From Limisphaerales bacterium (GTDB taxonomy: Bacteria; Patescibacteriota; Microgenomatia; UBA1400; PJMF01): a DNA stretch of 64,000 nt. The position numbers and the translations under genes were made by a program. The stretch is taken from NCBI GenBank assembly GCA_044350895.1, contig JBILGT010000003.1:10671-74670 (forward strand), given 5' to 3'. Below the pieces are notes generated by a model. It searched no databases and had not been told where the DNA came from. It saw nothing but the letters and a program-made list of their open reading frames with translations. Below, one piece after another: positions 56,998 through 64,000 of the stretch. Numbering within the stretch: position 1 is the stretch's first letter; each line of letters starts with the position of its first letter.

Positions 56998-58947
56998 ATG
57001 GCAGATGCACAAGCACAAGGAAAAATTATTGGTATCGATCTTGGTACCACCAACTCTGCAGTTGCAGTGATGGAAGGTGGCACACCAAAGATCATCCCAA
57101 CGAGTGAAGGAAGAAATACTTTCCCCTCAATTGTTGCCTTTAAAGGCAGTGAAATTATTGTTGGTGATCCTGCCAAACGTCAGATGGTTCTCAATCCAAA
57201 AAAGACTGTCAATTCAGTCAAACGGTTTATGGGTCGCAAATTTGCCGACACTGCAGTTAAAGAAGCTATCAAACACGTTGCATACACAATTACCACTGGT
57301 AAAGATGGTATGGCTGTCGTTGATATTGATAGTAAAAACTACTCACCACAAGAAATTTCCGCTCAAATTTTGGCAAAAGCGAAACGCGATGCTGAAAGTT
57401 ATTTAGGAACAACAGTAACCCGAGCAGTGATCACTGTACCTGCGTACTTTGATGACTCACAGCGTCAAGCCACCAAACAAGCTGGTGAGATTGCTGGTCT
57501 GACTGTTGAGCGCATCGTTAACGAGCCAACAGCCGCGGCACTCGCATATGGTCTCGATAAAAAAGGCAATCGCACCATTGCTGTCTACGACCTTGGTGGA
57601 GGAACTTTTGACATTTCAATTTTAGATATTGGCGATGGTGTCTTTGAAGTTAAAGCTACCAACGGTGATACATTCCTTGGTGGAGACGACTTTGATAACG
57701 TCATCATTGACTGGATTTTAGCTGAGTTCAAAAAGGAGACTGGCAAAGATCTCTCAAAAGATCCACAAGCTTTGCAACGTATTAAAGATGCCGCTGAAAA
57801 AGCAAAAATCGAGTTATCAAGTGCTCAAAATTCAGAAATCAATCAACCATTTATTACCCAAGGTGATGAAGGTCCTCTACACTTAACAATGAGTCTTACT
57901 CGTGCCAAACTTGAAGAGTTGGTAGATAGTCTTATCAGACGCTCATTTGAACCAGTCAAGAAAGCACTGGCAGATGCCAAGATTGAAGCCAAAGATGTTG
58001 CTGATGTCGTGATGGTGGGTGGTATGACTCGCATGCCAAAAGTTGTTGAAGAAGTTAAAAAATTCTTTGGCAAACAACCTCATCAAGGTGTTAACCCAGA
58101 TGAAGTTGTCGCTATTGGAGCAGCTGTGCAAGCTGGCGTGATCGGTGGAGATGTCAAAGATGTTGTGTTGCTCGACGTAACACCACTGACACTCGGTCTT
58201 GAAACACTGGGTGGTGTCAGAACCGCTTTGATTGAGCGCAACACGACAATCCCAACCAGTAAGTCACAAGTCTTTTCAACCGCAGCCGACAACCAGACTC
58301 AGGTGGAAATTAATGTTCTGCAAGGTGAGCGTGAAATGGCCGCAGACAACCGCTCACTGGGACGATTTGTACTTGATGGAATCCCACCTGCACAACGTGG
58401 TATGCCACAAGTTGAAGTGACTTTTGATATTGACTCAAATGGTATCTTGCACGTTACTGCCAAAGAGAAAAACACTGGTAAGGAACAGAAGATCACTATT
58501 CAGAATTCTACCAATCTCTCTGAAGAGGAAGTAGAAAAAATGAAGGCTGATGCTGAAAAACATGCAGATGAAGACAAGCGCAAAAAAGAGCTAATCGAAG
58601 CGCGCAATCATGCTAACAGTGTTTCATTTGAGATTGAAAAACAACTCAAAGACTACGGTGACAAGCTCGATCCAAAAGACAAAGAAGAGATTGAAACCAA
58701 TGTCAAAAAGCTTAAAGAACTGGCAGCACAAGACAGTGCCACCAAAGAAGATTTAGACAAAGCTACTGAAGAGATGTTTAAGTCTGCCCAAAAAATTGGT
58801 GAAGCAATGCAAAAAGCTGGAGCCACACCTGGTGGTCAACCTGGCGCTGATGCAGCTGGAGAAGCAGAAACCGCAAATGATGACAAAAAGAAGTCCGAAG
58901 ACAAAGAAAAAGGTTCTGCTGAAGAAGGCGAAGTCGTTAAAGAGTAA
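56998..58947 (+). CDS. dnaK: Chaperone DnaK
   Basis: [30 protein letters not shown]. Confidence 0.99.
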   Translation: MADAQAQGKIIGIDLGTTNSAVAVMEGGTPKIIPTSEGRNTFPSIVAFKGSEIIVGDPAKRQMVLNPKKTVNSVKRFMGRKFADTAVKEAIKHVAYTITTGKDGMAVVDIDSKNYSPQEISAQILAKAKRDAESYLGTTVTRAVITVPAYFDDSQRQATKQAGEIAGLTVERIVNEPTAAALAYGLDKKGNRTIAVYDLGGGTFDISILDIGDGVFEVKATNGDTFLGGDDFDNVIIDWILAEFKKETGKDLSKDPQALQRIKDAAEKAKIELSSAQNSEINQPFITQGDEGPLHLTMSLTRAKLEELVDSLIRRSFEPVKKALADAKIEAKDVADVVMVGGMTRMPKVVEEVKKFFGKQPHQGVNPDEVVAIGAAVQAGVIGGDVKDVVLLDVTPLTLGLETLGGVRTALIERNTTIPTSKSQVFSTAADNQTQVEINVLQGEREMAADNRSLGRFVLDGIPPAQRGMPQVEVTFDIDSNGILHVTAKEKNTGKEQKITIQNSTNLSEEEVEKMKADAEKHADEDKRKKELIEARNHANSVSFEIEKQLKDYGDKLDPKDKEEIETNVKKLKELAAQDSATKEDLDKATEEMFKSAQKIGEAMQKAGATPGGQPGADAAGEAETANDDKKKSEDKEKGSAEEGEVVKE

Positions 58948-58970
58948 CCAGCAATTATTTGTTAGAAACT

Positions 58971-59001
58971 AAAAAAGCCTCGCATAACTGCGAGGCTTTT
59001 T
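58971..59001. terminator. Bidirectional intrinsic terminator
   Basis: AAAAAAGCCTCGCA-TAAC-TGCGAGGCTTTTT between convergent genes. Confidence 0.9.
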
Positions 59002-59015
59002 GATTGTTCAAAATA

Positions 59016-61952
59016 CTACTGCGGTAGCGTTTTTTTCTTTCTCAGTTTTTTATAGACAATAAAGCCACCAGCTCCAACAATGAGTAGTATCAGTACCAAA
59101 GTATTTGTAGCAGAAGGGTTACCCGTTGAACCTGGAATACTTTCAAGGCTTCCAAGTTCGTTTGATGCTGCAGAGAATGGAGCAGCCCCCATGCTATTTA
59201 GAGAACTGCGTGAATCAAGTGCAGCTCCAAAACCACCTCCAGAAGCCCAGCCAATACCTGGATTAATACCTCCAGTCATTGGTTGTCCTCTAAATTCAGT
59301 GTTCCAGTCAGCATAGCGGTCATCAGCTTGGCTATTTTGTTCAAGCCTATCTACTTGTGTTTCATTGACCAGTGCCACCATAGAAGTGAGTGGAGTTACA
59401 ACATGGAGGTTCTGAGCGCGTTTGGTCAGGCCATCCAGAATTTGTAATGTTTCATCAGTTGGGCTTCTCAGATTTACACCTCGAGCAGTTGTAGTCATTT
59501 GTTTAAAGAGATCACTATATTCACGGTATAGCTCAGGAAAATCACTTGCAATAGTAGAGCTGGTATAACTATTGGTGTTGGGGAGTAGTTCACCAAGTTT
59601 AGTTCCGCTCGTGGTAATCGGTACAACTTGCCAGTAAGGATTAATAGCTATTTCGTGTTCAGGTGAATTTTCCAGTGCCGCAAATCGAACCCAGGCTTCA
59701 GCAAGTGAGCGATTGGCAGAAACTTCTCTGCCAAATAATGCATCTGCTACGACTGGATTCCAGTTTGGAGCTTCAAGATAATCGGGATAAATTAAGTACA
59801 ATGGTGGTGCGTTAGTGTCCGTGTTGATGTTTTGAGGTGGTGTATTGGAAGAGAACTCATTACTTGAGATATAAAATACTGCATCAGCATCTTGGGGCAC
59901 GTTGGCAAGTATTGTGTCAAAGTTGCCTGATCCAAACCACACGATATCTTGTAAAACTCGTGCATAATTTTCCGTAGTCAACTGAATTGGTTCCGCAGTA
60001 AGCGTATTGGCTTGTTCCAAAAATACTGTATTACTGCCCAAAATCTGTGGGTTCTCTTGCAAGAACATCGAAAGTCTAGTGGCAGCATCTGATTTCTGGT
60101 TTTGGACGGAAACATCAAGTAGAAAAGTGATTTTTTTACCCACAATATCTGTTAGTGGGGTTGTTTTACCGGGTTGAGTACAGTAGAAGGTACTTGCTGC
60201 TACGCTACTAATAATAAAAGATTGCTGCGAGCTACCTACTGAACCATTCTGAGCATCACAGAAAGGTACATTTGATGCCATAAAATTATTGTCAGGTTGT
60301 GCGGCATTTCCGTCCAGAATAGTTGTCTGAGTAAAAGTAGCTGATTCTTTAAAGCCAGTTCTTTGCACATAGGTGGGTAATCCAAAGCCATCTGGTGTGA
60401 GCGTTGTGATGTAGCTATACTGCACTTTTTGCTGCCCATTACTTGGAACAGGAAATACATTCAATCTATATTGGTCGGGTCCAATTTCTTGTAGTAGTGC
60501 TGGATCTCTGCGGCGCCGTACTTCTGCTTCATAGGTTTTTTTTGCAGCACCTCTTGGAGCTACTAATCCTGGGAATTCTAAGTTCATTCCCAACTTTAGA
60601 TCAGCCACAACCGAGCCCGTAGGTAGCAAAAATTCTGTGGTTGTTTCTCGATCGGTAAAGTCCAAGTTCATGAAGGTGTCAGTGACTGTAACCAGTGCGA
60701 GTTTACCTTCCTGTTGAGTTGTAATGGAGATAGCTCGGTCTAGTAGAGTAACTTGTGTAGAACGTGTTTGCCAATCTTCTTGAATTGTAACTGGTTCACC
60801 TGAGTAGACGTCATAGTTGAAAATTTCGCGAACAGTAGCCGAGAGAGAACCATAATCTGAATTAAAACTATATTTGTAAATGTATGGAGATGCTATCCAT
60901 CTGAATGAAGTATCGATGATTGTAGCTATTACTTTTGGGATAATAAAAGAACTGTAAACACTTTCACTCAGTGAATAATCAGAATCAAAGAAGTATCGAT
61001 TGTCAGCTGTACTAAGATATTCTGCCTCAGTCAGAGCGGCGGAACGATTCTGTTGTAATTCGCGGGCAAGCAATTGCTTTTCTTCAAAAGTGTGTGATTG
61101 AGCATACTGTTGGAGTTTTTCCAAATATCTTCTAGATGGTTGGATAGTTCCAACAATTCCAATTATGAGCAATAGTATAAATGTGGCAATAGAAATATAC
61201 TGAGTTTTCTTCATTCCAAACTGGGTAGTGAGTAGTGTAAAGAAATTTTTCCAACGAATTGTATTCCAGCTAACTAAAATATAAGGAACTACGGTAGTCA
61301 GCAATAAAATGATGATGGAGTAGAAACAGAGCACTAAAAGATACATGACACCATTACCTGTTCTCCCAGAAAATATCATAACTATTGATTCAATAAATGA
61401 ACTAATAAATGAAGCAAACATTGGAAACACAAAAAAGCTATAGAGGAGTGCAAAGTACATAATAAGTGAAGTCACTAGGCTTTGGAGAACAAAAATAATT
61501 GGAGTAAGCACTGGAATGTAACGCTTGGGATGGAGCGAAAGCAAATAGGTGATGATAGGACTGATGCTGATGATCAATACTGTCAAAATATACGGTGAAT
61601 CAGAATCAGAGTAACCTGCAATATACGGAAATATAAGATTTAGTACTACTGCTACAAATGGTATTTCGAAGGCAAAAAAATACTGAGCCAAGTTTTTTGT
61701 TGTCCTCAGTTTTTTGATAAAAAGTGGCAATACTAAAGAGATAAAAGGCAGTAACAAAATAATAGGCAATATAATTTTCGCTTCGGCTGGTCCATTTTCT
61801 AGTTCCCGTTGAAACTGGGTAAAAGTCGTGTCGCCAAAGTACTCAATTGCCCAGTAAATTACTAGATAAATCACGTACCCATTTGCAAGAATATAAAGTA
61901 GTTTAAAAAGAATAGACCCAATGAAGTCTCGGACGTGTGTTAACGATGTCAT
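59016..61952 (-). CDS. Integral membrane protein with VIT-like domain (TIGR02921-like)
   Basis: About 7 N-terminal TMs; VAPRGAAKKTYEAEVRRRRDPALL...YRLNVFPVP; TPLTSMVALVN; C-terminal TM plus basic tail. Confidence 0.75.
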   Translation of the reverse strand: MTSLTHVRDFIGSILFKLLYILANGYVIYLVIYWAIEYFGDTTFTQFQRELENGPAEAKIILPIILLLPFISLVLPLFIKKLRTTKNLAQYFFAFEIPFVAVVLNLIFPYIAGYSDSDSPYILTVLIISISPIITYLLSLHPKRYIPVLTPIIFVLQSLVTSLIMYFALLYSFFVFPMFASFISSFIESIVMIFSGRTGNGVMYLLVLCFYSIIILLLTTVVPYILVSWNTIRWKNFFTLLTTQFGMKKTQYISIATFILLLIIGIVGTIQPSRRYLEKLQQYAQSHTFEEKQLLARELQQNRSAALTEAEYLSTADNRYFFDSDYSLSESVYSSFIIPKVIATIIDTSFRWIASPYIYKYSFNSDYGSLSATVREIFNYDVYSGEPVTIQEDWQTRSTQVTLLDRAISITTQQEGKLALVTVTDTFMNLDFTDRETTTEFLLPTGSVVADLKLGMNLEFPGLVAPRGAAKKTYEAEVRRRRDPALLQEIGPDQYRLNVFPVPSNGQQKVQYSYITTLTPDGFGLPTYVQRTGFKESATFTQTTILDGNAAQPDNNFMASNVPFCDAQNGSVGSSQQSFIISSVAASTFYCTQPGKTTPLTDIVGKKITFLLDVSVQNQKSDAATRLSMFLQENPQILGSNTVFLEQANTLTAEPIQLTTENYARVLQDIVWFGSGNFDTILANVPQDADAVFYISSNEFSSNTPPQNINTDTNAPPLYLIYPDYLEAPNWNPVVADALFGREVSANRSLAEAWVRFAALENSPEHEIAINPYWQVVPITTSGTKLGELLPNTNSYTSSTIASDFPELYREYSDLFKQMTTTARGVNLRSPTDETLQILDGLTKRAQNLHVVTPLTSMVALVNETQVDRLEQNSQADDRYADWNTEFRGQPMTGGINPGIGWASGGGFGAALDSRSSLNSMGAAPFSAASNELGSLESIPGSTGNPSATNTLVLILLIVGAGGFIVYKKLRKKKTLPQ

Positions 61953-62031
61953 GGAAAATTCCAGTACTGACATTGTACCAGAACTGAACCACCTATAGTA
62001 TCTATCAAAAAAATTGTTATGATGTATTGCA

Positions 62032-62715
62032 ATGTCAAAAGTTACTCTCTCTGTCGTTATTCCTGTCTACAATGAAGCTAAAACCATTGGCCAAGTTTTG
62101 CAAAAACTTTCCAAAGAAAGTGTTGTTTCAGAAATAGTAATTGTTGACGATGGTTCCCAGGATGGAACTGCAAGTATCGTCAAAAAATCAAAGGATAAAA
62201 AAATTAAATATTTCTATAAAGATAACGGCGGCAAGGGCAGTGCGGTGCGGTTTGGTCTAGCGAAAGTAACAGGTGAATATGTGCTGATTCAAGATGCTGA
62301 TCTTGAATATGATCCAGAAGATATTGGTGGGCTCATCGATCCTATTCAAAAGCAAAAAGCTACAGTGGTGTATGGTTCTCGCTTTTTAGGACCACATTTA
62401 AACTTGCTGTTTTGGCATCTTGTTGGCAACCACTTCTTAAATTTTGCCATCAACATTTTATACAACACAACCCTTTCTGACATGGAAACTTGTTACAAAG
62501 TTATCCCTACAAAAGTTTTCAGAGAACTGAAACTGGAGTCAAATAATTTTGATATTGAACCTGAAATTACCTGCAAGCTTTTGAAGCGAGGCATTAAGAT
62601 TTATGAAGTGCCGATCAGTTATGTGGGAAGAGATTTTAGTGAAGGCAAAAAAATTACTTGGCGTGATGGCTTTTCCGCATTACATACCATACTGAAACTA
62701 CGTTTCTTTGCGTAA
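62032..62715 (+). CDS. GT2 glycosyltransferase (polyprenol-phosphate glycosyltransferase-like)
   Basis: VIPVYNE, DDGSQD, GKG, QDADLEY, DMETCYK, GKKI. Confidence 0.92.
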   Translation: MSKVTLSVVIPVYNEAKTIGQVLQKLSKESVVSEIVIVDDGSQDGTASIVKKSKDKKIKYFYKDNGGKGSAVRFGLAKVTGEYVLIQDADLEYDPEDIGGLIDPIQKQKATVVYGSRFLGPHLNLLFWHLVGNHFLNFAINILYNTTLSDMETCYKVIPTKVFRELKLESNNFDIEPEITCKLLKRGIKIYEVPISYVGRDFSEGKKITWRDGFSALHTILKLRFFA

Positions 62716-62721
62716 TGATAT

Positions 62722-64000
62722 ATGTCTATAAGCTGGAAAAAATTGAGTACATTCCCTGATAAACATCCTGTTGCCTGGGCTTTGATACTATTTGTGCTGC
62801 TAGCAGCAGTTCGCTTCTTTCCATTTTTCTTAGGAAAAACGCTCTATTTTGGTGATAACTATTCACTGATGGTGCCGGGAAAAATTTTTACCGCACAGTG
62901 GTTACAGCAGGGCGTTTTGCCCTTTTGGAATCCGTACATTTTTGCTGGTGTAAATTGGATTGGTGATGTCAACCAATCTGCACTGTACTTCACCACTTTA
63001 TTTTTTATCTGGTTTCCACCAGCCACTGCACTCAACATTTCTATCTTTTTGCATACAGTCCTCACCGGGCTTGGAATGTATCTTTTCTCAAAAAAATTAT
63101 TTAAAACAGAGTGGCAAGCAATTCTCTCTGGAATCCTCTGGATGTTTTCCACCCATGTATCAGGAAGCAGCAATAATTTGAGCACTATCCAGTCTATTGC
63201 TTGGATACCTTGGTTGTTGTGGGCAAGTGTGTTTGTAACAAAAAAATCGGGAGCACGGATTGGATTTGCGCTACTCGTACTGGGACAGTTTTTGGCAGGA
63301 TATCCACAGCATGTGGTCTACAGCATTCTTATGGCAGTTATTGTGTCCTGGTGGTATGAGCGATCATCACTACAATTTTTTAAATGGCTGAGAGCTTGGG
63401 CTATAACAGGCATACTGACGATACTCATAAGCGCAATTGTGTGGTTACCATTTGCTGAAAGTTTACTGCTTTCAACACGAGTAAACCAGTCAAGTGGGCA
63501 AGCCCAAGTTGGCTCACTTGATCCTGCAATGTTGCCAAAAATGATTTTGACGTATATTTTTGATCATCCGAGCCGTGGTGTTAAGTGGGGACCAGCCTGG
63601 AGTGGGCAACCCAATGTGGTTTTTTATGTGGGGTGGATTTCGCTGATGGCGGTTGGTTACTCACTGAAAAACTGGAAAAAATCGAGAACATCACTTGCTA
63701 TCTTTTCTGCACTTGTTGTGGGACTGACACTCTTCTTTTCGTTTGGAAAGTTTTTACCATTTTATGAACAGATACAAGCACTCATTCCATTCTTGAGAGT
63801 GGGACGGTATCCCAGTATGGTATTGATGTTCACCAATTTATTTTTGATCATCTGGGCAGTTGAAGCACTTAAAAATCTTAAATTTGAGAAAACATTTCTA
63901 TATACTGTGTTTGGTTTTTTGAGCTTGTTAGTTTTGGGATCGGGTGGGGTACTGTATGCGATAACCTACCATGCTGATCAGGTCTGGCAACTGCTCAATG
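62722..64000 (+). CDS. YfhO-family membrane glycosyltransferase (runs off the window end)
   Basis: Hand translation from ATG 62722: FGDNY, PFWNPYIFAG, LAGYPQ, RVGRYP; multi-TM. Confidence 0.8.
   Translation, partial: MSISWKKLSTFPDKHPVAWALILFVLLAAVRFFPFFLGKTLYFGDNYSLMVPGKIFTAQWLQQGVLPFWNPYIFAGVNWIGDVNQSALYFTTLFFIWFPPATALNISIFLHTVLTGLGMYLFSKKLFKTEWQAILSGILWMFSTHVSGSSNNLSTIQSIAWIPWLLWASVFVTKKSGARIGFALLVLGQFLAGYPQHVVYSILMAVIVSWWYERSSLQFFKWLRAWAITGILTILISAIVWLPFAESLLLSTRVNQSSGQAQVGSLDPAMLPKMILTYIFDHPSRGVKWGPAWSGQPNVVFYVGWISLMAVGYSLKNWKKSRTSLAIFSALVVGLTLFFSFGKFLPFYEQIQALIPFLRVGRYPSMVLMFTNLFLIIWAVEALKNLKFEKTFLYTVFGFLSLLVLGSGGVLYAITYHADQVWQLLN

Noticed and set aside
229-63767. Numerous short overlapping ORFs in the six-frame track
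   Set aside because: They are antisense or out-of-frame shadows of well-supported genes
1-64000. CRISPR array, prophage or rRNA
   Set aside because: No regularly spaced repeats, cas genes, phage structural genes or rRNA-like sequence seen

Overview
Gene-dense chromosomal window, about 40% GC, code 11. It is most consistent with a Patescibacteria/CPR bacterium of the Microgenomates group (an inference from gene content). Housekeeping content: GH18, PBP1A, cmk, nrdR-nrdJ with tandem NrdR boxes, a tsaC-tsaE fusion plus tsaD, yidC, groES/EL, hrcA-grpE-X-dnaK with variant CIRCE operators, a Xer-like recombinase, trpS, ftsH, a stand-alone 5'-3' exonuclease, glycosyltransferases and two CAT tRNAs. 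Main points of interest: (1) a 2.4-kaa surface protein whose LamG domains have ~38% GC cores bounded by a near-identical GC-rich DNA motif, suggesting cassette-like domain swapping; (2) a breakpoint near 11325 joining that gene head-to-head with a 5'-truncated ATP-synthase c-like gene; (3) a divergent F1-like ATPase cluster (c-like helix with no carboxylate, short alpha, degenerate DELSEED, epsilon N-domain only and inverted); (4) an intact IS1595 with 8-bp TSD carrying a toxin-antitoxin cargo just upstream of atpC; (5) an unannotated Trp-Trp leader peptide with an attenuator upstream of trpS; (6) an atypical initiator tRNA together with many apparently leaderless genes; (7) large orphan low-complexity proteins, one fused to a eukaryote-type PP2C phosphatase. 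All counts were done by hand and no databases were searched.
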